DNA of 24,000 nucleotides, taken from assembly GCF_050632405.1 (NCBI RefSeq), contig NZ_CP192601.1:4250904-4274903 (forward strand), read 5' to 3'. The position numbers were made by a program, and so were the translations under genes. Positions 1-8,350 of the stretch are shown piece after piece. The notes under the pieces were generated by a model, which saw only the letters and a program-made list of their open reading frames with translations, did not search any database and was not told the DNA's origin. The stretch is from Sediminicoccus sp. BL-A-41-H5. Its GTDB lineage: Bacteria > Pseudomonadota > Alphaproteobacteria > Acetobacterales > Acetobacteraceae. How positions within the stretch are numbered: position 1 is the stretch's first letter; every line of letters starts with the position of its first letter.

Positions 1-2125
1 CGATCCAGAAGCGGGCGCCGGGACCGGGCTCGGCATCGGCGCAGCCGATCCGCCCGCCCATCAGCGTGGCCAGCCGCGCCGTGATGGACAGGCCGAGGCC
101 GGTGCCCTCCGGCAGGCTGGAGGCGAGCCGCGTGAAGTCGCGGAAGAGGCGCCCGCGCTCGGCTTCCGGCACGCCCGCCCCCTGGTCCGACACCTCAAAG
201 ACGAGCCGCCCCGATTCGGCGCGGGCCGCGAGCCGCACCTCGCTTCCTTCGGGCGTGAACTTCACGGCATTGGAGAGCAGGTTCAGCACCATCTGGCGCA
301 GCCGCGTCGCGTCCACCCGCATGTGGGAGGGCAGGCCGTCCGAGGTGAAGCGCAGTGCCACCCCCTTCGCCTCGGCCAGCGGGCGCACCATGGCGACGGC
401 GTCGAGGAAGATCTCCTGCGTGGCCGCGACCTCGGGGTGCAGGGTCAGGCTCTGCGCCTCCATCGCGGCGAGGTCCAGCACCTCGTTGGCCAGCGCCAGG
501 AGATGCCGCGCCGTGGCGCCGACCAGGCCCGCCTGGTGGCGGTTGGTGGCGGAGAGGCCCGCCTGGCGCTGGAGCGCATCGGCCAGGCGCAGCAGGCTCG
601 CGAGCGGCGTCCGCAGCTCATGGCTGACATGGGCGAGGAGGTTGGACTTGGCCGTCGTCGCCTGGTCGGCCGCGTCGCGCGCGGCGGCGAGCGCGCCCAT
701 GGCCTGCTTCAGCTCCGTGATCTCGGTAACGACGACGACAAGGCCGCCATCGGACATGCGGCGCGTCGCGATCCGCATCCAGCGGCCATCCCGCAATTCG
801 CGCTCGGGCTGGCCGGTCGCGGTGCGGTGGCGGGTGAGCAGCTCCTCCATGAACGCCTCGGGCGAGCGGCCATGCGGGACCAGCAGGCCCTGCGTCACCC
901 AGGCGCGGGCCAGCTCGATGAAGGGCAGGCCGGGCAGCAGCAGATGGGCCACGGGGCCATGGATGTCGCGGTAGCGGGAGTTGCAGACGACGAGGCGATC
1001 CTCGGCGTCCCAGAGGACGAAGCCGTCGGGCAGGCTGTCGATCGCCGCGCGCAGCCGGGCATCGGCCATCTCGCGCTCGCGCGCGGCGCGCTGACTGTTC
1101 CAGCTGGCGAAGAAGAGGGCGGCGGCGAGGGCGATGACGAGCAGCGCCGCGATGCCCGACCCCACCAGGATGCTGAGCCGCAGCCGGGGCCAGCCGGCCA
1201 GCGCCACTCCCTCTGGCAGGCTCACCACGGCATAGAGGCCGGGCAGCATGATGGGCCGGGCGGCGGCGAAGACCTGCCCCTGGCCCTGGCGGGCCTCCCG
1301 GCGGCTTACCTCGCCGTCGCGGCGTTCGGTTTCCGGCGCGCGCAGCACCTGGCCCACCAGGAAGGTCTGGCCGGGGCCGGCGGCCAGCACCAGCCCCTCC
1401 CGGTTCTCCAGGCGGACGCGCATCTCGGGCGGGTTGACCATGGGTGCCAGGACGCCGCTGATCATGGCGGTCGGGATCTCGGCGACGGCGAGGATGGGCC
1501 GCGCTTCGGCATCCTGGCCGACGCGGCGCAGCAGCAGCAGCATGGAGAGCCCGGTCTCCATGTTGCGCAGCGGGCCGTGCAGCACGGCCGGGCCGGACTG
1601 CGTCGCCGCATCCAGCACGCCGCGCGGCAGGGGCAGGGACTGGCCGATGCGCGCGGCGATGGCCGAGGCCCAGACCTCGCCCCGCGCATCGGCCAGCATC
1701 AGGTTGCGATGGGTGTAGCTGTGCGCGGCGAGCTGTTCGAGCGCCAGGCTCGCGCGCTGCGGATCGGCCGGCGAGATGAAGCCGTGTTCCAGCCACTCGG
1801 CGAGGCCCGAGACCTGGCCATCCACCTGGAGGAAATGGCGATCCAGCACGGATTGCGCGACGGCGACGGCGCGCGAGATCGCGGCTTCGGCGCCCGAGAC
1901 GGCCAGCGCCTCGCCGCGCGAGAGGTTGCGCGCCGTGCTGATGGCGAGCGACATGAGGATGATGAAGCTGGCGGCAAGAATGAGGGCCGGCACGGCGCGC
2001 TGTGGAAGGATCCACCAGCGGCGCCCGCGGTCCGGTGGCGCCGCGCGGCCCGACCCTGTGCTGTCCTCGCGCCCGGTTGTCACGCGCTGTCCGATCCCGT
2101 GCGGCGCATGGCCATGCCCGGCCAT
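1..2125 (-). CDS. Sensor histidine kinase, partial (3' end runs off the window at position 1). Domains: TM, periplasmic sensor, TM, PAS-like, HisKA, HATPase_c
   Basis: Not in the ORF track because it has no stop inside the window. My minus-strand translation (codon first bases at coordinates = 1 mod 3) is open from ATG 2125 to position 1, with an in-frame upstream TAG at 2149-2147. It reads MAGHGHAPHG...ALILAASFIILMSLAI (TM1), LLVIALAAALFFASW (TM2), DSLPDGFVLWDAEDRLVVCNSRYRD (PAS-like), [18 protein letters not shown] (H-box), LLSNAVKFTPEGS (N-box), DQGAGVP (G1) and GTGLGLSI (G2). Confidence 0.9.
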   Translation of the reverse strand, partial: MAGHGHAPHGIGQRVTTGREDSTGSGRAAPPDRGRRWWILPQRAVPALILAASFIILMSLAISTARNLSRGEALAVSGAEAAISRAVAVAQSVLDRHFLQVDGQVSGLAEWLEHGFISPADPQRASLALEQLAAHSYTHRNLMLADARGEVWASAIAARIGQSLPLPRGVLDAATQSGPAVLHGPLRNMETGLSMLLLLRRVGQDAEARPILAVAEIPTAMISGVLAPMVNPPEMRVRLENREGLVLAAGPGQTFLVGQVLRAPETERRDGEVSRREARQGQGQVFAAARPIMLPGLYAVVSLPEGVALAGWPRLRLSILVGSGIAALLVIALAAALFFASWNSQRAAREREMADARLRAAIDSLPDGFVLWDAEDRLVVCNSRYRDIHGPVAHLLLPGLPFIELARAWVTQGLLVPHGRSPEAFMEELLTRHRTATGQPERELRDGRWMRIATRRMSDGGLVVVVTEITELKQAMGALAAARDAADQATTAKSNLLAHVSHELRTPLASLLRLADALQRQAGLSATNRHQAGLVGATARHLLALANEVLDLAAMEAQSLTLHPEVAATQEIFLDAVAMVRPLAEAKGVALRFTSDGLPSHMRVDATRLRQMVLNLLSNAVKFTPEGSEVRLAARAESGRLVFEVSDQGAGVPEAERGRLFRDFTRLASSLPEGTGLGLSITARLATLMGGRIGCADAEPGPGARFWI

Positions 2126-2203
2126 GCTACCTATGCGGGAAAATGTCTAACACAGCGCAGCGGATGTTGCAGCCCCTGGGTGAAACCCGCCCCGGTGCTG
2201 CGG

Positions 2204-3085
2204 TCAGGGCTTGATGAGCGTCCCCGCGCCGCCATCGGTGAAGAGCTCGCGCAGCACCGCATGCGGCACGCGGCCATCGAGGATGACCGCGCCCTTCACG
2301 CCGCGTTCCACGGCGTAGATGCAGGTCTCGACCTTGGGGATCATGCCGCCCGCGATCCAGCCCGCGGCGATGCCGGCGCGGGCTTCCGCCACCGTCATCT
2401 CGGGGATGAATGTCTTGTTCGCGTCCATCACGCCGGCCACGTCGGTCAGCATCAGCATGCGCTCGGCCTTCAGCGCGCCGGCGATGGCGCCCGAGACGGT
2501 ATCGGCGTTGATGTTGTAGGTCTGCCCGTCGCGGCCCACGCCGAGCGGCGCGATGACGGGGACGATGTCGGCGCCCATCAGCAATTCGAGCACGCGGGTG
2601 TCCACGCTCTCGGGCTCACCCACCAGGCCGAGGTCCAGCACCTCCTCCTGGTTCGTCTCGGGGTTCTTCACCACGCGGGTCGCGCGCCGGGCGGTGACGA
2701 GGCCGCCATCCTTGCCCGAGATGCCGACGGCGAGCGCGCCGGCGCGGGTGATGCTCTCCGCCACCTGCTTGTTGACGGTGCCGCAGAGGACCATCTCGAC
2801 CACCTCGACCATCTGCTGGTCGGTCACGCGCAGGCCCTGCACGAAGGTGGATTTCACGCCGAGGCGGCTCAGCATGGCGTTGATCTGCGGGCCGCCGCCA
2901 TGCACCACGACGGGGTTCACGCCGACCTGCTCCAGCAGCGCGATGTCGCGGCCGAAGCGCAGCGCGGTTTCCTCCTCGCCCATGGCGTGGCCACCGTATT
3001 TCACCACGACGATCTGGTCGTCATAGCGCTTGAGGTAGGGCAGGGCGCCGATCAGCGTCTGCATCTGCGCGATGGCGTCGTCCAT
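2204..3085 (-). CDS. argB: Acetylglutamate kinase
   Basis: Track ORF of 293 aa with ATG at 3085. [36 protein letters not shown] and VVHGGGPQI match the amino-acid-kinase fold and N-terminus typical of ArgB. Confidence 0.96.
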   Translation of the reverse strand: MDDAIAQMQTLIGALPYLKRYDDQIVVVKYGGHAMGEEETALRFGRDIALLEQVGVNPVVVHGGGPQINAMLSRLGVKSTFVQGLRVTDQQMVEVVEMVLCGTVNKQVAESITRAGALAVGISGKDGGLVTARRATRVVKNPETNQEEVLDLGLVGEPESVDTRVLELLMGADIVPVIAPLGVGRDGQTYNINADTVSGAIAGALKAERMLMLTDVAGVMDANKTFIPEMTVAEARAGIAAGWIAGGMIPKVETCIYAVERGVKGAVILDGRVPHAVLRELFTDGGAGTLIKP

Positions 3086-3138
3086 GGGGCTGTTCCTCGA
3101 AGATTTGCCTGCGCTAATCGGCCGCGTTCAGGAGTGCG

Positions 3139-3810
3139 TCAAGCCGCCAGCGCCGCAAGCTCGGCCCGCAATTCGGGCATGCCGAGCCCGGTCTCGCTGC
3201 TGGTGGTGAGCACCAGCGGATGGCCGGCGGGGTGCTTGCGGGCCAGCGCCTGGATCTCGGCCTCGCGCGCCTTGAGCTGCGCGGGCTTCACGCTGTCGGC
3301 CTTGGTCAGCACGAGCTGGAAGGGGACGGCGGCGCGGTCCAGCAGGTCCATCACCGCGGTGTCCGACGCCTTGGTCTCGATGCGGCTGTCCATCAGCAGC
3401 AGCACACGGCGGAGGTTGGGGCGGCCGCGGAGATAGTCGAACATCAGGCCCTGCCAATCCTCCTTCACCGATTTGGAGGCCTTGGCGTAGCCATAGCCCG
3501 GCATGTCCACGAGGGTGAGGCGGCCTTCATCCAGGTGGAAGAAGTTGAGCTGCTTGGTGCGGCCGGGTGTCACCGAGACGCGGGCCAGCGCCTTCTGGCC
3601 CGTCAGCGCGTTCATCAGCGAGGACTTGCCCACGTTGGAACGACCGGCGAGTGCGACCTCGATCCCCTCCGGCGGCGGCAGGTGGTCGAGGCCCTGGGCG
3701 GCGGTGAAGAAGGTGCAGGGACGTGCGAAGAGCAGGCGCCCGGCCTCGATCAGGGCCGCGCGCTGCTCCTCGTCCTTCGCCTCGATCAGACCGCCGGCAG
3801 GAAGGGTCAC
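3139..3810 (-). CDS. engB: Ribosome-biogenesis GTPase EngB/YihA (YsxC)
   Basis: Track ORF 3139..3999 trimmed to GTG 3810, which overlaps the yidC stop (GTGA, 3810-3807), giving 223 aa. G1 GRSNVGKSS, G3 DMPGYG, G4 TKAD. It sits in the conserved position downstream of yidC. Confidence 0.92.
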   Translation of the reverse strand: MTLPAGGLIEAKDEEQRAALIEAGRLLFARPCTFFTAAQGLDHLPPPEGIEVALAGRSNVGKSSLMNALTGQKALARVSVTPGRTKQLNFFHLDEGRLTLVDMPGYGYAKASKSVKEDWQGLMFDYLRGRPNLRRVLLLMDSRIETKASDTAVMDLLDRAAVPFQLVLTKADSVKPAQLKAREAEIQALARKHPAGHPLVLTTSSETGLGMPELRAELAALAA

Positions 3811-5600
3811 TTCTTGGCGGCGGCGATCGCGCCGCCCCCGGTGCCGCCCTGGCTCGGCGGCTTGGCGGCCTGCGCCTTGGCGTCGAGGCGCATGATGTAC
3901 CACTGCTGGCCGATGGAGAGCAGGTTGTTCCAGGTCCAGTAGATGACCAGGCCCGCCGGGAAGCTCGCCAGCATGAAGGTGAAGATCACCGGCATCCACT
4001 GGAAGATCTTCTGCTGGATCGGATCAGGCGGTTGGGGGTTCAGCTTCTGCTGGAAGTACATGGTCAGGCCCATGGCGATGGCCCAGGCCGGCAGATGCAG
4101 GAAGCTCGGCGGATCGAAGGGGATCAGGCCGAAGAGGTTGAAGAAGTTCGTCGGGTCGGGCGCCGAGAGGTCGCGGATCCAGCCGAAGAAGGGCGCGTGC
4201 CGCATCTCGATGGTGACGAAGAGCACCTTGTAGAGCGCGAAGAAGACCGGGATCTGGATCAGGATGGGCAGGCAGCCCGAGGCCGGATTGATCTTCTCGG
4301 TCTTGTACAGGCTCATCATCTCGGCCTGCATCTTCTGCGGTTCTTCCTTATACCGCTCGCGGATCTCGGTCATCTTCGGCGCGAGCAGGCGCATCCGGCT
4401 CATGCTCTTGTACGCCTTGTTCGCCAGCGGGAAGAAGGCGATCTTCAGGCCGAGCGTGAAGAGCAGGATGGCGATGCCCATGTTGCCGGTGAGCACGAAG
4501 AGCCAGTCCAGCCCGTAGAAGAAGGGCTTGGTGATGAAATAGAACCAGCCGAAGTCGATCGCCTTGTCGAAGTCCTGGATCCGCAGGCGCGTCGCGTAGT
4601 CATCCAGCAGGCGGACTTCCTTGGCGCCGGCGAAGAGGCGGGTGGCGAGCGCATCGGTCGCACCGGGGGCGATGGTGACGGGTGCCGGCGGCGCCACATC
4701 CACCTGCCAGCGATCGATCGGGCCATCCTGGATGTGGCGGAAGGCGGAGCGCAGGCGCGTGCCGTCATCGGCGCGGGTCAGCGCCGTCAGCCAGTACTTG
4801 TCGGAAAGGCCGGCCCAGCCCTCGGCCGCCTCATTGTCCCAGGCGGAGCCCTGGGCGCGGCGGGGGCCGGTCTGTTCCTTCTTGCCGTCGCTGTAGGTGA
4901 TCTCGGTCAGGCGGCCATCCTGCACGGCGATGAAGCCCTCATGCAGGATGAAGAAGCCGGCCACCTGCGGGGTGCGCTCGCGGCGGATGCGGGCCCAGGG
5001 GAGGAGCTGCACGGGCTCGGCCGCGTTGTTCACCACGCGCTGCTGCATGTGGAACATGTAGTTGGCGTCGAGGCTGAGCAGCGCCTGGAAGACCTGGCCC
5101 TGGCCATTGTCCCAGGTGAAGGTGACGGGGTTGGTGGCCGTCAGCGGTCCGCCGGTCACGGTCCAGTCGGTGTCGTTGTCGGGCACGCGGGTGCGGCCAT
5201 CGGCGGCCGTCCAGCCCCATTGGCCGAAATAGCCCTCGGGCGTGGTGCGGGGCGCCAGCAGGGTGACGAGGGGCGAGTTGCGCTCGATCGTCTCGCGATA
5301 GTCCTTGAGGATCAGCGATTCCAACATCAGGCCGCGGGCCGAGATGCGGCCCTGCACGCGCGGATTCTCGACCGCGATCATCTGCGCCGGCGTCACGGCG
5401 GGTGCGGCGGTGACGCTGGCGGCCCCCGGCGCCGCGGCGCCGCCCGGCGTCGCGGGCGTGCTCGGCAGCGGCACGGCGGCCGTGCTGGCGGCCGGCGGCG
5501 GCGTGACCGGGGCCGGATTCTGCGAGCGGTTATAGACCTCGAAGGTCAGCAGGATGCCGATCGAAAGGGCGATCGCGGCGAGGAGGCGCTTCTGGTCCAT
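3807..5600 (-). CDS. yidC: Membrane protein insertase YidC
   Basis: Track ORF of 597 aa with ATG at 5600. It has an N-terminal TM (LLAAIALSIGILLTF), a large periplasmic domain and the C-terminal insertase core (GWFYFITKPFFYGLDWL, NPASGCLPILIQIPVFFALYKVL). It follows rpmH-rnpA-yidD. Confidence 0.97.
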   Translation of the reverse strand: MDQKRLLAAIALSIGILLTFEVYNRSQNPAPVTPPPAASTAAVPLPSTPATPGGAAAPGAASVTAAPAVTPAQMIAVENPRVQGRISARGLMLESLILKDYRETIERNSPLVTLLAPRTTPEGYFGQWGWTAADGRTRVPDNDTDWTVTGGPLTATNPVTFTWDNGQGQVFQALLSLDANYMFHMQQRVVNNAAEPVQLLPWARIRRERTPQVAGFFILHEGFIAVQDGRLTEITYSDGKKEQTGPRRAQGSAWDNEAAEGWAGLSDKYWLTALTRADDGTRLRSAFRHIQDGPIDRWQVDVAPPAPVTIAPGATDALATRLFAGAKEVRLLDDYATRLRIQDFDKAIDFGWFYFITKPFFYGLDWLFVLTGNMGIAILLFTLGLKIAFFPLANKAYKSMSRMRLLAPKMTEIRERYKEEPQKMQAEMMSLYKTEKINPASGCLPILIQIPVFFALYKVLFVTIEMRHAPFFGWIRDLSAPDPTNFFNLFGLIPFDPPSFLHLPAWAIAMGLTMYFQQKLNPQPPDPIQQKIFQWMPVIFTFMLASFPAGLVIYWTWNNLLSIGQQWYIMRLDAKAQAAKPPSQGGTGGGAIAAAKK

Positions 5601-5609
5601 GGGTCTCGA

Positions 5610-5867
5610 TCAGGTTTCGGGGCCGCGCGCGGCCAGCCGATTCAGGGAGGGCGGGACCGGGTCGTAGCCACCCGGATGCCAGGGGTTGCAGCGCAGCACG
5701 CGCCGGGCGGAGAGCCAGGAGCCGCGCAGCGCGCCATGCTCGGTCAGCGCCTCGACAGCGAAGCTGGAGCAGGAGGGATGGAAGCGGCAATTGCAGCCGA
5801 GGATGGGCCGCAGGGTCCATTGATAGGCGATGACGGCGCCCTTGAGCACGGCGGTTCCGGGATTCAT
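5610..5867 (-). CDS. yidD: Membrane protein insertion efficiency factor YidD
   Basis: Track ORF of 85 aa. YQWTLRPILGCNCRFHPSCSSFAVEAL...RCNPWHPGGYDPVP is the YidD hallmark. The ATG at 5867 overlaps the rnpA stop by 4 bp. Confidence 0.93.
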   Translation of the reverse strand: MNPGTAVLKGAVIAYQWTLRPILGCNCRFHPSCSSFAVEALTEHGALRGSWLSARRVLRCNPWHPGGYDPVPPSLNRLAARGPET

Positions 5868-6202
5868 CGCGGCGGTGTCACGCCGGCCTTGCGGAGCGCG
5901 GATTGCAGGTCGGCCAGGAGCGACGGGAAGGGGCAGGAGCCGGTGCTGTCGCGGGCGATCAGCACCAGGTCATGACCGGGCGCTGGATGGGCCGCGAAAT
6001 GCAGCCGGGCGGCGGCGCGCAGGCGGCGCTTGGCGCGGTTGCGGGCGACCGCATTGCCGATCTTCTTGGTGGCGGTGAAGCCGAGCCGGGTTTCGTCATC
6101 CGTGCGGGGCAGGGCCTGGAGCACCAGGGAATCCCGCGCCGCTTTGCGCCCGGCCTTGGCCGCCCGAACAAATTCCGCGCGGCGCTTGAGGCGACCGAGC
6201 AT
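5864..6202 (-). CDS. rnpA: Ribonuclease P protein component
   Basis: Track ORF 5864..6298 trimmed to ATG 6202, because the longer form would overlap rpmH. The 112-aa product reads MLGRLKRRAEFVRAAKAGRK...TATKKIGNAVARNRAKRRLR, a basic RNase P protein motif. It lies immediately downstream of rpmH. Confidence 0.9.
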   Translation of the reverse strand: MLGRLKRRAEFVRAAKAGRKAARDSLVLQALPRTDDETRLGFTATKKIGNAVARNRAKRRLRAAARLHFAAHPAPGHDLVLIARDSTGSCPFPSLLADLQSALRKAGVTPPR

Positions 6203-6239
6203 GGCTGGCCCTCCCTCTCGCGCCGCGGGGCTCAATGGA

Positions 6240-6374
6240 TCAGGCGGAGAGCTTGGCGCGGCCCTTGGAGCGGCGGTTGGCCAGCACCTTGCGGCCACCC
6301 ACGGTGGCGGTGCGGGCGCGGAAACCGTGCCGGCGCTTCCGGACGAGCTTGGAGGGCTGATAGGTGCGCTTCAC
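6240..6374 (-). CDS. rpmH: 50S ribosomal protein L34
   Basis: Absent from the ORF track (44 aa, GTG start). Minus-strand GTG at 6374, TGA at 6242-6240. The translation (M)[43 protein letters not shown] is near-consensus L34. AGGAG lies 6 nt upstream of the start. Confidence 0.95.
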   Translation of the reverse strand: MKRTYQPSKLVRKRRHGFRARTATVGGRKVLANRRSKGRAKLSA

Positions 6375-6462
6375 GGCAGGCTCCTGAGAATCTCAACGAA
6401 AGGGAAAGCAAAGGTCAAAAGGCATGGGCCGGCGAAGGAAGCTCCAGCCCGGACGTGCGGGT

Positions 6463-6491
6463 GTATAGGGAGGAGGGGGCGGCGGCGTCAA
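6463..6491 (-). promoter_or_regulatory. Candidate sigma70-type promoter for rpmH-rnpA-yidD-yidC-engB
   Basis: The minus strand reads TTGACG (6491-6486), a 17-nt spacer, then CTATAC (6468-6463), about 85 nt upstream of the rpmH start. This is a consensus match only. Confidence 0.45.
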
Positions 6492-6522
6492 CCTTGGGGG
6501 ACTTGGTTGCGAGGCTGATTCA

Positions 6523-6548
6523 CGTCCCTGGCGATGCCGCCAGGGACG
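6523..6548 (-). terminator. GC-rich hairpin downstream of the 5-FCL/YmdB-like operon (possible terminator, no U-tract)
   Basis: CGTCCCTGGCG-atgc-CGCCAGGGACG forms an 11-bp perfect stem, starting 9 nt after the stop at 6557-6559. No T-run follows, so its function is uncertain. Confidence 0.35.
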
Positions 6549-6556
6549 ATCAGGCT

Positions 6557-7366
6557 CTATGGCACGATCTGGCTCAGCCGGCCGCCCTGGCGCAGCGGCG
6601 CCACGCGGGTGGCGAGGCCCGTCGCGTCGTCGGTTTCGAGGTAGAGGCCGCAGAGCGTGGCCTCCCCCTCGGCCGGCGCCAGCTTCTCGCCGGGCATCTT
6701 CTTCCAGAAGCGGAGCGCCGCGCCGCCCTTCTGCATGCCGATCACGCTGTCGTAATCGCCGCACATGCCGGCATCGGTCTGGTAGGCGGTGCCGCCGGGG
6801 AGGATCTGGTGGTCGGCGGTCGGCACATGGGTGTGGGTGCCGATCACCAGGCTGAGCATCCCGTCGAAGCTGTGGCCGAAGGCCTGCTTCTCGCTGCTCG
6901 CCTCGGCATGCACGTCGAGGATGGCGGCCTGGATGGTGCGGCCCAGCGTATGCCGTTGCAACTCGGCCTGGACGGCGCGGAACGGGTCATCCAGCGGGTC
7001 CATGAAGAGGCGGCCCATCACGTTCATCACCAGCGCGCGCCGGCCGCCGCGGACCTCCACCACCACCGCACCCGCGCCGGGCGTGCCGGGGGGGAAGTTG
7101 GCGGGGCGGATGACGCGCTTCTCCTCTTCCAGGAAGGGGATGATCTCCCGCCGGTCCCAAGCGTGATTGCCCAACGTGATGACGTCGGTGCCCGCGGCCA
7201 GGAAGGCGCGCGCCATGTCGGGGGCGAGGCCGAAGCCGTGGCTCGCATTCTCGCCATTCACCACGACGAGGTCGAGGTCGAGCTGCGCGCGCAGCGCGGG
7301 CAGGCGCTGGGTCAGGGCGTCGCGGCCCGAGCGGCCGACGATGTCGCCGAGGAAGAGGATCTTCAC
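6557..7366 (-). CDS. YmdB-like metallophosphoesterase (TIGR00282 family, 2',3'-cyclic-nucleotide phosphodiesterase-like)
   Basis: Track ORF of 269 aa with GTG at 7366. (M)KILFLGDIVGRSGR, VVVNGENASHGFG, GNHAWD and IGTHTHVPTAD are calcineurin-like metal-ligand motifs in the YmdB arrangement. Confidence 0.9.
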   Translation of the reverse strand: MKILFLGDIVGRSGRDALTQRLPALRAQLDLDLVVVNGENASHGFGLAPDMARAFLAAGTDVITLGNHAWDRREIIPFLEEEKRVIRPANFPPGTPGAGAVVVEVRGGRRALVMNVMGRLFMDPLDDPFRAVQAELQRHTLGRTIQAAILDVHAEASSEKQAFGHSFDGMLSLVIGTHTHVPTADHQILPGGTAYQTDAGMCGDYDSVIGMQKGGAALRFWKKMPGEKLAPAEGEATLCGLYLETDDATGLATRVAPLRQGGRLSQIVP

Positions 7367-7929
7367 GGGCGGATCACGCCCCGCTCGGTGGCGATGGCGG
7401 TGAGGGGCGCGTCATGCGGGCCGGTGGGCACCTGGGTGATCTCCTGCGCGGCATAGGCGACGCCGATGGCGGTAAGGCTGGGATTGCTGGCGCGTAGCAG
7501 GGTGAGCGTCCGGTCGTAATACCCCCCGCCATAGCCGAGCCGGGCGCCGCTGCGGTCGAAGGCGAGGAGCGGGACGATGAGCCAGTCGGGTGTCACGGCA
7601 TCGCCCCCGGCCGGGTGCTGCGTGCCCATCGGGCCGGGCGTCATGGCGGTGCCGGGGGACCAGGGGCGGAAGAAGAGCGGGTTGCCGCGCGGCGGCGTGA
7701 CCGGGAGTGCCACGACATGGCCGCGTGCGTGGAGGGCCTCAAGCAGGGGGCGCGTCGGGATTTCGTTGCCCATTGACCAGAAGCCGCCGATGACGGCGCC
7801 GGGTGGCGGCGGGGCCTCGCGCAGGATGAGGTCACGCAGCATGTCGCCCGCCCCGGGCCAGGCGCACCGGGCCGCGAGGGCCGTCCGGCGGGCTTCGGCC
7901 TTGGCGGCGAGGAGGGGGGCTTCGGTCAT
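7363..7929 (-). CDS. ygfA: 5-formyltetrahydrofolate cyclo-ligase
   Basis: Track ORF 7363..8184 trimmed to ATG 7929, because the upstream part is translated tandem repeat. The 188-aa product begins MTEAPLLAAKAEARR and contains PLLAFDRSGARLGYGGGYYDRTL, the 5-FCL signature. Its stop overlaps the GTG of the next gene (GTGA). Confidence 0.88.
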   Translation of the reverse strand: MTEAPLLAAKAEARRTALAARCAWPGAGDMLRDLILREAPPPPGAVIGGFWSMGNEIPTRPLLEALHARGHVVALPVTPPRGNPLFFRPWSPGTAMTPGPMGTQHPAGGDAVTPDWLIVPLLAFDRSGARLGYGGGYYDRTLTLLRASNPSLTAIGVAYAAQEITQVPTGPHDAPLTAIATERGVIRP

Positions 7930-8027
7930 CGGGGAAGATGTAGCGCAAGCCGGAACGATGGCGAGTCCGGGGGCGGCGGCTGTGGAGCCTCTGCGATGCG
8001 CACCGAGAATCCGGGCCGAACAGGCCC

Positions 8028-8276
8028 GGCGGATCGCTTCAGCGATCCGAAGCCCAGCGGCCGGAGGCCGCGCCCGGTGTCTGAGGGCACGACAGATGAG
8101 TATCCGGCCGCACGTGCGGCCGGCGGATCGCTTCAGCGATCCGAAGCCCAGCGGCCGGAGGCCGCGCCCGGCGTCTGAGGGCACGACAGATGAGTATCCG
8201 GCCGCACGTGCGGCCGGCGGATCGCTTCAGCGATCCGAAGCCCAGCGGCCGGAGGCCGCGCCCGGCGTCTGAGGGC
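8028..8276. repeat. 94-bp tandem direct repeat, 2 full copies plus a 61-bp third copy; non-coding
   Basis: Copies start at 8028, 8122 and 8216 (period exactly 94). Copies 1 and 2 differ at one base (T8078 vs C8172). Each unit contains three hairpins: CGGATCGC-ttca-GCGATCCG, GCGGCC-gga-GGCCGC and the 20-bp palindrome CCGGCCGCACGTGCGGCCGG. A diverged partial unit precedes it at about 7993-8027 (GAGAATCCGGGCCGAACAGGCCC). Confidence 0.95.
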
Positions 8277-8277
8277 G

Positions 8278-8346
8278 ACAAAAAATTCACACTCACCGCC
8301 CCAGGGGGGGCTCGCAAAGCGAGCCCCCCCTGGGGCGGTGAGTGTG
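8278..8346 (-). terminator. Rho-independent terminator (minus strand) with an exceptionally long perfect stem
   Basis: 8288-8315 (CACACTCACCGCCCCAGGGGGGGCTCGC) is perfectly complementary to 8319-8346, with loop AAA. On the minus strand the hairpin is followed by AATTTTTTGT (8287-8278). Confidence 0.8.
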
Positions 8347-8350
8347 CGAA

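Noticed and set aside
323-3436. A 1037-aa plus-strand ORF, with similar giants at 3723-5975 (+), 5903-7456 (+), 8293-10560 (-), 16460-18751 (+), 20492-22117 (-) and 22210-23583 (-).
   Set aside because: All lie antisense to, or out of frame with, genes that carry clear family motifs (kinase, argB, yidC, ALDH and others). Their products are low-complexity Ala/Gly/Arg/His/Asp strings. Long stop-free shadow frames are expected at about 70% GC.
3811-3999. The N-terminal extension of the engB ORF (286 aa in the track), and likewise of rnpA (to 6298).
   Set aside because: The extensions overlap the 3' ends of yidC and rpmH respectively. The trimmed starts give canonical lengths and the start/stop overlaps typical of coupled genes.
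6375-6556. A replication origin or DnaA boxes next to rpmH, as at some bacterial origins.
   Set aside because: There is no TTATCCACA-like box cluster, no AT-rich unwinding element and no dnaA gene nearby. The spacer is explained by the rpmH promoter and the preceding operon's hairpin.
8093-8146. A hammerhead-ribozyme-like string in the repeat unit (CAGATGAG, a hairpin, then CCGAAG).
   Set aside because: The conserved core is not intact: it reads CAGAUGAG instead of CUGAUGA, no GAAA follows stem II directly, and an extra hairpin intervenes. I treat it as a chance resemblance in GC-rich palindromic DNA.
8028-8276. The tandem repeat as a CRISPR array.
   Set aside because: The units are directly contiguous, with a period equal to the 94-bp unit length. 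There are no unique spacers and no cas genes in the window.
8288-8346. The 59-nt perfect palindrome as an integron attC site or MITE terminal inverted repeat.
   Set aside because: There are no GTTRRRY/RYYYAAC core sites, no integrase or transposase, and no target-site duplication. The minus-strand T-tract fits a terminator.
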